From contig JANYJV010000081.1 in NCBI GenBank assembly GCA_025361725.1, positions 5,963 to 69,962 of the forward strand: a stretch of 64,000 nucleotides of DNA, in the 5' to 3' direction. The notes under the pieces are model-generated. The model had not been told where the DNA came from and ran no database searches. It saw nothing but the letters and a program-made list of their open reading frames with translations. Below, piece by piece: positions 37,115-46,763 of this stretch. Each line of letters starts with the position of its first letter. The stretch's first letter is position 1. The DNA comes from Acidimicrobiia bacterium (GTDB lineage Bacteria; Actinomycetota; Acidimicrobiia; IMCC26256; JAENVU01). Both the position numbers and the translations under genes were made by a program.

Positions 37115-37902
37115 TGGTTCCAGCCCTCCTCGATCCGCCGTGCGCCGGCCGCCTGGGCCGCGGCGCGTTCGTCCGGATCGCCGACGGTCTCCAGATGCTC
37201 CTGGGCGATCTGAAGCAGGACGCGCCGAAAGTGTTGCGAGACGAGCGTGCCGGTCGCGGGGAGCAACCGACGGAACGTTCGGACCAATCGGGCCGCGCGC
37301 TCGTCGTCGCCGAGATCGGATGCCAACAACGGGCGGCGCACGTGCTCGTCGAAAAGTTCCACGGCTGCGTTCGCGACTTCGAGGGTCGCCGCGTGGTGGA
37401 GCCGGGCCAACTCGAGGAGTGCAGTGAGCGGCAGGCCGGCGTCGAGGAGTTCGAGGCCGGCCGCGATCACCGCGATGTCCGACGCGGTGAATCGAGGCTC
37501 GCCGTCGTGGAGGCGCGGGACCAACAACCCTTCGGCGACGACCGCATCGATTAGCGCGGCAGGGACACCGGCGCGAGCCGCGAGCTCATCGACGGTCAAA
37601 AACTCCTCGGTGTCGGATTCGGCGACGGCGGCCGCAAGCTGCTGGTCGATGACGCCGAGATCACCGTCGAGCACCCGGCGCACCATCGCGAGCGTGAACC
37701 CGTCGCGCTGGAGTTCCTTGATGCGCAGCAGACGCGCTTCGTGCTCCGCGCTGTACCAGGCGACGCGGCCGTCGCGTACCGGCGGCGCCAGGAGTTGGCG
37801 CTTCTGGTAGAAGCGGATGGTGTCGACCGTGACGTCGACTCGAGCACTCAGTTCCTCGACCCGAAACGGTCCGGGGCTCGGCGACGGGGGCTCGGTGGAC
37901 AC
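37111..37902 (-). CDS. MerR-family transcriptional regulator with about 190-aa C-terminal domain
   Basis: GTG 37902 (VSTEPPSPSPGPFRVEELSARVDVTVDTIRFYQKRQLL) is a MerR HTH. Its stop overlaps the menG start. The remaining 560 upstream codons of track ORF 37111..39591 are the shadow of the next gene. Confidence 0.8.
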   Translation of the reverse strand: MSTEPPSPSPGPFRVEELSARVDVTVDTIRFYQKRQLLAPPVRDGRVAWYSAEHEARLLRIKELQRDGFTLAMVRRVLDGDLGVIDQQLAAAVAESDTEEFLTVDELAARAGVPAALIDAVVAEGLLVPRLHDGEPRFTASDIAVIAAGLELLDAGLPLTALLELARLHHAATLEVANAAVELFDEHVRRPLLASDLGDDERAARLVRTFRRLLPATGTLVSQHFRRVLLQIAQEHLETVGDPDERAAAQAAGARRIEEGWNQ

Positions 37903-37964
37903 GCTCCCATGATAGGAGTGACTGCTCCCATGTTTCGATCCGGACGGCAATGGCCGGTGGCGCC

Positions 37965-39206
37965 TCAGTCGGTTGAGGCCGCCGCCGGCAATCGACCCAA
38001 ATCGATGAGCGAGCGATCGAGCTCGGGGATACTGCCCACGCCCAGGAGGCTCATCGTGCGGACTATGTCGGCGTGGAACCATTCGAGGACTCGGTCCACG
38101 CCGGTTTCGCCGGCCGCCCCGAGCGCGTAGAGGTAGGAGCGGCCGGCCATGCACGCGTCCGCGCCGGCCGCGAGGGCCTTGACGATGTCGCTCCCGCGTC
38201 GGATCCCACCGTCGCAGATGATCTCGGTCCGACCGCCGACCGCATCGGCCACGGGTGCGACGAGCGAGAACGTGGCGGGGGAGCCGTCGAGCTGGCGGCC
38301 GCCGTGGTTCGATAGCGCGATCGCTTCCACCCCGGCATCGGCGGCGAGGACTGCGTCGGCGACGGTCTGGATGCCCTTGAGGATGATCGGGCCGTCCCAG
38401 ACGGAGCGCAGCCACGTGACGTCGTCCCATGACAGCGCGGGATCGAACTGGGTGTTGATGTAGTCGGACAAGGTGACGGGCGACGCGCCGTCCCCCACGT
38501 CCCGACCGACGACGTTCGCGAAGCGGATCGGCTCGCTGCGCACGAACGACCACGTCCAGCCCGGATGCAGCGCGCCGTCGACCACGGTGCGCGGCCCGAT
38601 GGTGGGCGGGAGCGAGAACCCGCGGCGGACGTCTCGTTCGCGGCGGCCGAACACCGCGGTGTCGACGGTGAGGACAAGTGCCTCGTACCGCGCCATGGCG
38701 GCGCGTTCGATCATCTCCTGGACGAGACCGCGATCGCGCCACGCGTAGACCTGGAACCAGAGCCGGCCGTCGCTCACGGAGCGGACTTCTTCGATCGAAC
38801 GGGTGCTGAGGGTGGACAACGTGTACGGCAACCCCGCGCGTTCTGCCGCACGCGCGACGGCGAGTTCGCCCTGCGGATCCGCGATGCGAGTGAACCCCGT
38901 TGGGGCGAGGACGAGGGGATAGGCGAGCGGCTGGCCGAGGATGGTCGTCGCGACCTTCACCTTCTTGACGCCGCGCAGGACGCGCGGTCGGAACGTGGTG
39001 GCCGCGAAGGCGTCCTGGTTCGCGGCGAGGGTGCGTTCGTCTTCGGCGGCGCCGTCGATGTAGTCGAACACGCCGCCTGGCAGCCGGCGCTTCGCTATTC
39101 GACGGAGGTCCGCGACCGATGCAGCACGCGCGAGTCGGCGCTCGATGCGGTCGGTCTCGACCCGTTTGACTCGGACGACGGAGCGGATGGTCTCGAAGGG
39201 TTTCAC
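37965..39206 (-). CDS. FMN-dependent alpha-hydroxy-acid dehydrogenase (LldD/glycolate-oxidase family)
   Basis: Motifs FDYIDGAAEDE, LAPTG, STLSTRS, WFQVY, LTVDTAVFGRRERD, SNHGGRQLD and DGGIRRGSD are present. The GTG start is at 39206. Confidence 0.85.
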   Translation of the reverse strand: MKPFETIRSVVRVKRVETDRIERRLARAASVADLRRIAKRRLPGGVFDYIDGAAEDERTLAANQDAFAATTFRPRVLRGVKKVKVATTILGQPLAYPLVLAPTGFTRIADPQGELAVARAAERAGLPYTLSTLSTRSIEEVRSVSDGRLWFQVYAWRDRGLVQEMIERAAMARYEALVLTVDTAVFGRRERDVRRGFSLPPTIGPRTVVDGALHPGWTWSFVRSEPIRFANVVGRDVGDGASPVTLSDYINTQFDPALSWDDVTWLRSVWDGPIILKGIQTVADAVLAADAGVEAIALSNHGGRQLDGSPATFSLVAPVADAVGGRTEIICDGGIRRGSDIVKALAAGADACMAGRSYLYALGAAGETGVDRVLEWFHADIVRTMSLLGVGSIPELDRSLIDLGRLPAAASTD

Positions 39207-39244
39207 GACGGTTCCCAGCCCACGGGGTCGATCGTATGTGAGAG

Positions 39245-40786
39245 TTGGCCATCCACCCACGAAAGGCCGAGAACAATGAGCGACCGGTGACGACCCCGAA
39301 CGAGTGGGACGAGGTTCTCGCGAATCTCGAACATCGACGTAACGCATCACGTGCGATGGGCGGTGACGAGCGCCTGCGCAAACACCGGGACGCGGGCAAG
39401 CTCGACGCACGGGCCCGCGTCGCCACGCTGCTTGATCCAGGTTCATTCCATGAGCTCGGCACGCTCGTGGGTGGTGAGGAGGCTCCGGCCGACGCCGTCG
39501 TCACGGGCTCGGGTCGGATCGACGGACGCCCGATCATGGTGGCCGCCGAGGATTTCACGGTGAAGGCGGGCACGATCAGCGCCGCGTCCAACTCGAAGCG
39601 CTACCGAGTTGCCGAACTCGCGGTCGCAGATCGGGTCCCGCTGGTGATGCTGCTCGAAGGTGCCGGCTTCCGTGCCGACGGGCGCGGCCACGGTGCCCGA
39701 ACGCCCACGGACCTGATCGCCCAAGCTCGCTGCTCCGGCCGGATCCCGCTGGTGACGGCAGTGCTCGGCGCGTCGGCGGGGCACGGCGCGCTGGTCGCGC
39801 CGATCTCGGATTTCTCGGTCATGAGCCGGCACGCGTCGATCTTCACCGCGGGTCCACCGGTGGTGAAGGAATCGATGGGGGAGGAGATCACCAAGGAAGC
39901 GCTCGGCGGTCCCGGCGTTGCGCTTGCGAGCGGACTCATTCATAACGTCGGCGACGACGACGCGGCCGCGATCGAACTCGTACGCGCGTACCTCTCGTAT
40001 TTCCCGTCGTCGGCGTGGTCGTATCCGTATCGCGCCTCCGGGGGTGACGACGGCCCGCGGACCGTCACGGAAATCACGAGCTTGGTACCACTGAACGGTC
40101 GCCGCATCTACGACATGCGCCGGGTGGTCGACGTGGTGTTCGACACGAACTCGAGCTTCGAAGTGCAACCCGAGTTCGGACGTTCCGTCATCTGCGCGTT
40201 GGTGCGGCTGGGAGGTCAGCCGGTCGCGGTCGTGGCAAATCAACCGCAGGTCCTGGCGGGTTCGATCAGCGCCGAGGCGGCGGAGAAGGCCGCACACTTC
40301 ATCGCGGTGGCCGACTCGTTTCATCTGCCACTGGTGTTCCTGTCGGACAATCCCGGCGTCCTGCCGGGCAGTGCGTCCGAGCGCGCCGGCATACTGCGCA
40401 AGGGCGCGCGCATGTACGCGGCGCAGACCCTCGCCACCGTGCCGAAGTTCGAGGTGACGTTGCGGAAGGCCTACGGCTTCGGCTCGATGGTCATGGCGAT
40501 GATTCCGTTCGACGGTCAGTCCGGGGTGTTCGCGTTCCCCGCTGCCACGATGGGCGCCATGGGTGCGTCGGCGATGAGTCAGGCTCGCGGGTCCGACGCC
40601 GACGAAGCGGAGATGCTGCGTACCCAGGAGGTCGAGGCGTCGTACCGCTCGGCCCAGTCGTTCGGTTTCGACGAACTGATCGACCCCCGGGAGATTCGCA
40701 ACGTGCTGCTTCACTCGCTCGAGCGCGCACTTCACCGCCGCCAAGCCGTCGCCGAACCCGTCGCCCGCATCGGCATCGCTCCGTAG
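39245..40786 (+). CDS. Acyl-CoA carboxylase carboxyltransferase (beta) subunit
   Basis: It has two crotonase-like carboxyltransferase halves (GRIDGRPIMVAAEDFTVKAGTIS; PLVFLSDNPGVLPG). The start is uncertain (TTG 39245 or GTG 39287). No biotin carboxylase or BCCP gene is in the window. Confidence 0.85.
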   Translation: MAIHPRKAENNERPVTTPNEWDEVLANLEHRRNASRAMGGDERLRKHRDAGKLDARARVATLLDPGSFHELGTLVGGEEAPADAVVTGSGRIDGRPIMVAAEDFTVKAGTISAASNSKRYRVAELAVADRVPLVMLLEGAGFRADGRGHGARTPTDLIAQARCSGRIPLVTAVLGASAGHGALVAPISDFSVMSRHASIFTAGPPVVKESMGEEITKEALGGPGVALASGLIHNVGDDDAAAIELVRAYLSYFPSSAWSYPYRASGGDDGPRTVTEITSLVPLNGRRIYDMRRVVDVVFDTNSSFEVQPEFGRSVICALVRLGGQPVAVVANQPQVLAGSISAEAAEKAAHFIAVADSFHLPLVFLSDNPGVLPGSASERAGILRKGARMYAAQTLATVPKFEVTLRKAYGFGSMVMAMIPFDGQSGVFAFPAATMGAMGASAMSQARGSDADEAEMLRTQEVEASYRSAQSFGFDELIDPREIRNVLLHSLERALHRRQAVAEPVARIGIAP

Positions 40787-40810
40787 GCGAAGGACATTCG
40801 TGGTTGAAGG

Positions 40811-40841
40811 GTCGAGCGTCGAAACCGTAGGGTCGCTCGAC
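40811..40841 (+). terminator. Hairpin GTCGAGCG-(15 nt)-CGCTCGAC
   Basis: It has a perfect 8-bp stem and lies 25 nt after the stop at 40786. Confidence 0.4.
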
Positions 40842-40894
40842 GCTGGGTGCGAAGACTCCCGTCGTCGACGGCTGAGCGCTGAGGGATCGCAATC

Positions 40895-42415
40895 GTGACC
40901 ATCGAACATCCGAGCTCGTTCGCCCCGTCTGTGCCCGACCGCGTCGCGGTCATTGTGGCGAACACCGGCGCGACCCTGACCTACGGCCGACTCGAGGCTC
41001 GTTCGAACCAGGTTGCACACGCGCTGCGCGCACGGGGTCTGGGCGTGGGTGATCACGTCGCCGTCTTGGTCGACAATCGCGCCGAGTACTTCGAGATCAT
41101 CTGGGGTGCGATGCGCTCCGGGCTGTTCGTCACGCCGATCAACTGGCATCTGGCCGCCGACGAAGCGAAGTACATAGTGACGGACTGTGGTGCGACGGCG
41201 TTGATCGCGTCCGCCGAGTGCGCGCACTTGGCGGACGATGCTGGTGGTGCTCGTATCGCACTCGGCGGCGAGGTCGATGGCTTCGAGTCCTACGAGGATG
41301 TGCTCGCCGCTCAGCCGGCCACACCGGTCGCGGACGAGTGCGAAGGCAACTGGATGTTCTATTCGTCCGGAACCACCGGCCGACCGAAGGGAATCAAACC
41401 TTTGGTCGCGGGTCAGCCCCTTGGCGCACCGACCGCCTTCACCGGGATGGTCGCCGGTCTCTACGGCGGGAGCGAATCGACCCGGTACCTCAGCCCCGCA
41501 CCGCTGTATCACGCCGCACCATCAGGCTGGTCCACCGCCGTGCACCGGCTGGGCGGGACCGTGGTCATCATGCCGCGATTCGATGCGATCGAGTTCCTCG
41601 ACGCGATCGAACGGTACGCCGTCACCCACGCGCAGGTGGTGCCGACCCATCTCGTCCGGTTGTTGAAGCTGCCCGAGTCCGATCGGAACCGCTTCGACCT
41701 GTCGAGCCTCGAAAAGCTCGTGCATGCTGCGGCGCCGTGCCCGCCGGACGTGAAACGCGCGGCGATCGAATGGTTGGGGCCGATCGTCTACGAGTACTAC
41801 TCGGGCAGCGAAGGGGTGGGATTCTGCGCGATTGGACCAGAGGAGTGGCTCGCCCATCCCGGCTCGGTCGGCCGTTCACTGCTCGCGCCCGTCCACATCG
41901 TCGACGACGACGGCAACGAAGTTCCGGCTCGCACCGAAGGTCAGGTGTGGTTCGAGACCACGAGCAGCTTTGAATATCACGGCGACCCGGAGAAGACCGC
42001 GGCAGCGTTCGATCACCGCGGTTGGGGCTGTCTCGGTGACATGGGTTGGGTCGACGACGAGGACTACCTCTACCTGACCGACCGCATCTCTAACATGATC
42101 ATCTCGGGCGGCGTGAACATCTACCCGCGTGAAGTGGAGGACGCACTCATCGGGCATCCCGGGGTGACGGACGTGGCCGTGATCGGTGTTGCCGACGACG
42201 ACATGGGCGAAGCCGTGCGCGCGATCGTGCAGCCGGCCGCGTCTCCGGCCGACCCTGATGCGTTCGCGCGTGAACTCATCGAGTTCTGCCGCGACCGGAT
42301 CGCGCACTACAAGTGCCCGCGCACGGTCCGGTTCGTGGACGAACTGCCGCGCCTACCCACCGGCAAGATCGCCCGTCGGCTGCTGCCGCCCGAGCTGAGC
42401 GATTCTGCGAAATGA
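40895..42415 (+). CDS. Acyl-CoA synthetase (AMP-forming)
   Basis: Motifs YSSGTTGRPKG, YYSGSEG, GDMGWVDDEDYLYLTDR and LPRLPTGKIARR are present. Confidence 0.85.
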   Translation: MTIEHPSSFAPSVPDRVAVIVANTGATLTYGRLEARSNQVAHALRARGLGVGDHVAVLVDNRAEYFEIIWGAMRSGLFVTPINWHLAADEAKYIVTDCGATALIASAECAHLADDAGGARIALGGEVDGFESYEDVLAAQPATPVADECEGNWMFYSSGTTGRPKGIKPLVAGQPLGAPTAFTGMVAGLYGGSESTRYLSPAPLYHAAPSGWSTAVHRLGGTVVIMPRFDAIEFLDAIERYAVTHAQVVPTHLVRLLKLPESDRNRFDLSSLEKLVHAAAPCPPDVKRAAIEWLGPIVYEYYSGSEGVGFCAIGPEEWLAHPGSVGRSLLAPVHIVDDDGNEVPARTEGQVWFETTSSFEYHGDPEKTAAAFDHRGWGCLGDMGWVDDEDYLYLTDRISNMIISGGVNIYPREVEDALIGHPGVTDVAVIGVADDDMGEAVRAIVQPAASPADPDAFARELIEFCRDRIAHYKCPRTVRFVDELPRLPTGKIARRLLPPELSDSAK

Positions 42416-42428
42416 GGAACCGGGCCTG

Positions 42429-43418
42429 ATGGACTTTCGCCTCGACGACGATCAGATCGCATTGCGGCACGCCGTGCGCGGACTGAGCGAGCGGCACTTC
42501 GCACTGGGTGCCGTCGCTGCTCGCGAAGACGCGCCGGCAGCGGACCCGGCGTGGCGCGATCTCGTGGCCATGGGAATCTTTGGGTTGCTCGTTTCGGACG
42601 GCGATGAGACACCAAGGAACGGAACCGTGACCGCGGCCGTCGCCCTGGAGGAGTTGAGCGCCCACCTCGCCACGGGTCCGATCCTCTGGACCACGATCAC
42701 GGCGCCGGTGCTGACGGGCGGGGAGATCGAGGCCGGGCGCGTCGCCGGTGTCGTCGTGGTTGGAGACGCGGGCGGCCCGGTGGTGATCGAGCATGCGACC
42801 GAGGCCGAGTTCCTGGTCGTTGTCCACCACGACCGAATCGAGCGGGTCGAAACGACGAGCCTCCCCGAGGTGATCGCCGGTGAGCCCTCCGATCCGCTGA
42901 CGCCGACCGTTGCCTACGAGTCCGTGCCGCGCGGTGACGTGATCAGCGGTCCGGACGAGGCGCGGACGATCCGGTTGGCGGGCACGGTGCTGGCGGCCGC
43001 GCAACTCGTCGGGGTGGCCCAGGGTGCGCTCGACGTCGCGGCGGCGTACGCCTTGGAACGTCATCAGTTCGGTGTGCCTATCGGCTCGTTCCAAGCGATC
43101 AAACACCTGTTGAGCGACATGTACGTGCGGGTCGAGCTCGCGCGGAGTTCCACGTTCGCGGCGGCCGCCATCCTCGACGACGAACGCGGCGGAGACGCGG
43201 CGCGCGCGGCGGGCGCAGCCAAACTGCTCGCCGGCCAGGCCGGTATTGACAACGGCCGCGCCGCCGTGCAGATCCTCGGCGGCATGGGCTTCACCTGGGA
43301 AATGCTCCCGCACTACTTCCTCAAGCGGGCCTGGGTGCTGGAGCAAAGCTTCGGGACGGCGGAGTTCCACGCGCTCGCGCTCGGCGTCGCGCTCGGCGCC
43401 GGAGTGGTGAAGGCGTGA
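42429..43418 (+). CDS. Acyl-CoA dehydrogenase family protein (short, probable non-catalytic partner subunit)
   Basis: The ACAD C-terminal helical domain (ERHQFGVPIGSFQAIKHLLSDM, GGMGFTWE) is present. At 329 aa it is shorter than canonical ACADs. Confidence 0.75.
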   Translation: MDFRLDDDQIALRHAVRGLSERHFALGAVAAREDAPAADPAWRDLVAMGIFGLLVSDGDETPRNGTVTAAVALEELSAHLATGPILWTTITAPVLTGGEIEAGRVAGVVVVGDAGGPVVIEHATEAEFLVVVHHDRIERVETTSLPEVIAGEPSDPLTPTVAYESVPRGDVISGPDEARTIRLAGTVLAAAQLVGVAQGALDVAAAYALERHQFGVPIGSFQAIKHLLSDMYVRVELARSSTFAAAAILDDERGGDAARAAGAAKLLAGQAGIDNGRAAVQILGGMGFTWEMLPHYFLKRAWVLEQSFGTAEFHALALGVALGAGVVKA

Positions 43419-43422
43419 TCGC

Positions 43423-44598
43423 GTGGACCTGACCTACAGCGCCGAGGACGAAGAGTTCCGTGCGCAACTCCGAACTTGGCTGGACACTGCAGTGCAACGC
43501 CAGAGTCCGCCTCCACCTCCGGGCGATTGGCCGGCGCGCCGCGCGTACGACACCCAGTGGCAGCGCACCCTCTACGACGCCGGGTACGCGGGCCTGCACT
43601 GGCCCGTCGCCTTCGGGGGTCGGGGACTGCCGGTGAGCCAGCAGCTCGTGTACCTGGAGGAATACGCCCGTGCGAACGCGCCGTACATCAGCGTGAACTT
43701 CGTCGGGTTGATGCACGCGGGTCCCACGCTCATCGCCGAGGGCACCGACGAACAGCGCGCGTTCCACTTGCCGCGGATCCTCACGGGGGAGAGCGTCTGG
43801 TGTCAGGGTTTCTCCGAGCCGGGCGCGGGGTCGGACCTCGCGTCGCTCCAGACCCGGGCCGTCCGTGACGGTGACCACTACATCGTGAATGGTCAGAAGA
43901 TTTGGAGTACCCGCGCGCACGTCGCGGACTACTGCGAGTTGCTGGTGCGGACCGATCCGGACGCGCCGAAGCACAAGGGCATCACCTGGCTCATCCTGGA
44001 CATGCACCAGCCCGGCGTCGACGTCCGACCAATGCGCACGATCGATGGTGAGAGTCACTTCTGCGAGGTGTTCCTCGACGACGCGCGCGTGCCGGTCTCC
44101 AATCGCGTCGGCGAGGAGAACGACGGGTGGCGGGTCACCAACGTGACACTGCGCTTCGAGCGCGGCACCGCGTTCGCCCAACACGTCATCACGCTGCGCA
44201 GCCAGCTCCGCAAGCTGGTCGACGTCGCTCAGGACACGCCCGCAGTCGGTGGTGGTACCGCATGGGATGACGCCGAGTTCCGGCGCCACGTGGGAAGGCT
44301 TGACGCGAGCGTCGACGCGTTGTGGCGCATGACGCAGATGGGAATCGCGGACACGGAGCGAACTGGGATGCCCGCCCGCTCGGGTTCAGCGGTGAAGCTG
44401 CGCTACAGCGAGATCACCCAGGAGATTGCGGACCTCCTGCTCCGCACCGTCGGCCGGGCGGCCCTGGCCGGAGTGCCCGGGCCTGCGGCGGACGCGATGC
44501 GTGAGTACCTGTGGTCGTTGCAGTACACGATCGCGGCGGGAACATCCCAGATCCAGCGGAATCTGATCGCGGAACGAATCCTCGGAATGCCACGGTGA
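43423..44598 (+). CDS. Acyl-CoA dehydrogenase
   Basis: Motifs CQGFSEPGAGSDLASL, VNGQKIWST and a C-terminal ...QIQRNLIAERILG are present. Confidence 0.85.
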   Translation: MDLTYSAEDEEFRAQLRTWLDTAVQRQSPPPPPGDWPARRAYDTQWQRTLYDAGYAGLHWPVAFGGRGLPVSQQLVYLEEYARANAPYISVNFVGLMHAGPTLIAEGTDEQRAFHLPRILTGESVWCQGFSEPGAGSDLASLQTRAVRDGDHYIVNGQKIWSTRAHVADYCELLVRTDPDAPKHKGITWLILDMHQPGVDVRPMRTIDGESHFCEVFLDDARVPVSNRVGEENDGWRVTNVTLRFERGTAFAQHVITLRSQLRKLVDVAQDTPAVGGGTAWDDAEFRRHVGRLDASVDALWRMTQMGIADTERTGMPARSGSAVKLRYSEITQEIADLLLRTVGRAALAGVPGPAADAMREYLWSLQYTIAAGTSQIQRNLIAERILGMPR

Positions 44599-44749
44599 GC
44601 CGACGGATCGAACGAACCGACGTCGTGCATGCGCGCATGGCACGATCCATACTCCCGCCTTGCGAATGTTTCTCGCCTGCTCCGGCAGCGCGGCCACCCT
44701 TTGACGTCAGGGATGCGATGAACCGATCCGAACAACGAACGAAGCGACC

Positions 44750-45562
44750 GTGCGCGTGAGCGCCGATGTCACCGACGGTGTGGGGGTTTCGGTTCAGGAC
44801 GACATCCTCGAGATCGTCCTCGATCGACCAGAACGCAAGAACGCACTGCATTCCGCGGCGATTGTGAGGATCGTCGGGACGCTCGAAACCGTAGCCACCG
44901 ACGACTCGTTGCGCGGCGTGATCATTCGCGGGTCCGGTGACAACTTCTGTTCCGGCGCGGACTGGGTCGCACAGAATCGCACCGGCGGGCAACGTCCCCG
45001 CACGGGCAGCATTCAGCGCCGAACGCCGGTGCAGGCGCATCGACTTATCCAGCTGATCATGGAGGTGCAGCTACCCGTGGTGTGCGCAGTGCGTGGTTGG
45101 GCTGCGGGGATCGGATGCCAGATCGCGCTGGCGGCGGACTTCACGGTGGCGGAGAACTCGAGCCGGTTCTGGGAACCGTTCGTGAAGCGCGGCTTCACCC
45201 CCGACAGCGGCGCGACCTGGCTGCTGCCGCGCCTCATCGGGGTCGCGCGCGCCAAGGAACTGCTGATGTTGGGGCGCGAAGTTTCCGGCGCCGACGCGGC
45301 CGAGTGGGGCCTGATCCACCGGGCGGTGGCGCCCGCGGATCTCGACGCGGCGGTCGATGAGTTACTGGTTGAGCTCGGAGGTGCGGCCACCGTCGCCGTC
45401 GGTCTCACCAAACGCGCGATCCACCGGGCGTTGGAGAGTTCTCTCGCGACGGCGATGGAGACCGAAGCGAACGCACTCGAGTTGTCGTCGCGGTCCCCGG
45501 ACTTCAAAGAGGGACTGGCGGCGTTCCAGGAAAAGCGATCGCCCAACTTCGGCGGGCGCTGA
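44750..45562 (+). CDS. Enoyl-CoA hydratase/isomerase family protein
   Basis: Motifs LDRPERKNAL, FCSGADW and AVRGWAAGIGCQIALAADF are present. Confidence 0.8.
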   Translation: MRVSADVTDGVGVSVQDDILEIVLDRPERKNALHSAAIVRIVGTLETVATDDSLRGVIIRGSGDNFCSGADWVAQNRTGGQRPRTGSIQRRTPVQAHRLIQLIMEVQLPVVCAVRGWAAGIGCQIALAADFTVAENSSRFWEPFVKRGFTPDSGATWLLPRLIGVARAKELLMLGREVSGADAAEWGLIHRAVAPADLDAAVDELLVELGGAATVAVGLTKRAIHRALESSLATAMETEANALELSSRSPDFKEGLAAFQEKRSPNFGGR

Positions 45563-45587
45563 GGCCACAACGCGGACTCGCGCCCGG

Positions 45588-46736
45588 TCAGCGCATGGAG
45601 CGGAAGCCGTCGCGAATCTCGGCGACGAATCGATCGGGTTGTTCGAACGCGGCGAAGTGACCGCCACGGTCGAGTTCGTTGAAGTGACGGAGATCGGTGA
45701 ACCGGGTTTCGGCCCAACGCTTCGAGGAGCGGAAGATCTCGTGGGGAAAGACGGAGATGGCGCTCGGGACTCCAATCGGTGTGAAGTCCAGGTCTCGGAA
45801 CGACTCCCAATAGAGCCGAGCTGACGACGCGGCGGAGTTCGTGAGCCAGTACACCATCACGTTGTCGAGGAGTTCGTCGGCGGTGAGGACCGTGAGCGGA
45901 TCGCCGTCGGAGTCGGTCCAGGCCCAGAACTTTTCGATGATCCACGCCATCTGGCCGACGGGTGAATCGGCGAGGCCGTACCCCAGGGTCTGCGGACGGG
46001 TGGACTGCTGCGCCGAGTAGCCGTTATCCCACGTCATGTAGTGCTGGAGGCCTGCGACCGCAGCCTGCTCGATGGGGGTCATCTCCTCCGACGGTGTCGA
46101 CGGGATGACGACTGGCATGTTCACGTGGATGCCGGCGAGATGGTCGGGGTGATACGCGCCGATCGCAGACGTGATCATCGAACCCCAGTCTCCACCCTGC
46201 GCGCCGAAGCGCTCGTAGCCGAGGCGCAGCATGAGTTGTTCCCATGCCGCGGCGATGCGCCGCACGCTCCATCCCGTGTCACGGGGTTGGTCCGACCATC
46301 CGTAACCCGGGAGTGACGGCACCACCAGATCGAACGCGTCCGCCGCGTCGCCACCGTGTGCGACCGGGTCCGTCAACGGCCCGATCACCTTGAGGAACTC
46401 GACGACTGATCCCGGCCAGCCGTGGGTCATCACCACCGGAAGCGCGTTGGGTTCCGGCGACCGGACGTGCATGAAGTGGATGCCGAGACCGTCGAGCTCG
46501 GTGCGGAACTGTGGGAAACCGTTGAGCCGGGATTCCACCTGGCGCCAGTCGTACGCCGACTGCCAGTGCACCGCGAGTTGCTGCGCGTAGGCCCGAGGCA
46601 TGCCCTGCTCCCACGGCTCGTCACCGCCGACGGTGGTTTCCTCGTCGGGCCAGCGCGTGCGTTGGAGTCGGTCCGTCAGATCATCCAGCTGGTCCTGGGG
46701 TACGGCGACGGTGAAGGGCTCGATCTCGGTACTCAT
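45588..46736 (-). CDS. Epoxide hydrolase (microsomal EH-like, N-terminal EHN domain)
   Basis: Motifs VPQDQLDDLTDRLQRTRWPDE, FRTELDGLGIHFMHVRS, THGWPGS and GGDWGS are present. Confidence 0.85.
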   Translation of the reverse strand: MSTEIEPFTVAVPQDQLDDLTDRLQRTRWPDEETTVGGDEPWEQGMPRAYAQQLAVHWQSAYDWRQVESRLNGFPQFRTELDGLGIHFMHVRSPEPNALPVVMTHGWPGSVVEFLKVIGPLTDPVAHGGDAADAFDLVVPSLPGYGWSDQPRDTGWSVRRIAAAWEQLMLRLGYERFGAQGGDWGSMITSAIGAYHPDHLAGIHVNMPVVIPSTPSEEMTPIEQAAVAGLQHYMTWDNGYSAQQSTRPQTLGYGLADSPVGQMAWIIEKFWAWTDSDGDPLTVLTADELLDNVMVYWLTNSAASSARLYWESFRDLDFTPIGVPSAISVFPHEIFRSSKRWAETRFTDLRHFNELDRGGHFAAFEQPDRFVAEIRDGFRSMR

Positions 46737-46763
46737 GGCGGCGCACCGTAGACCGCTCAGCCG

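Noticed and set aside
37903-39591. The 826-aa ORF 37111..39591 (minus strand) would be the longest gene of the region.
   Set aside because: Only its last 263 codons (MerR protein from GTG 37902) look like protein. The upstream 560 codons are Arg/Pro/Gly-rich low-complexity sequence lying in an alternative frame of the same strand over the well-supported LldD-like gene (and antisense to the carboxyltransferase start), a typical shadow ORF of GC-rich DNA.
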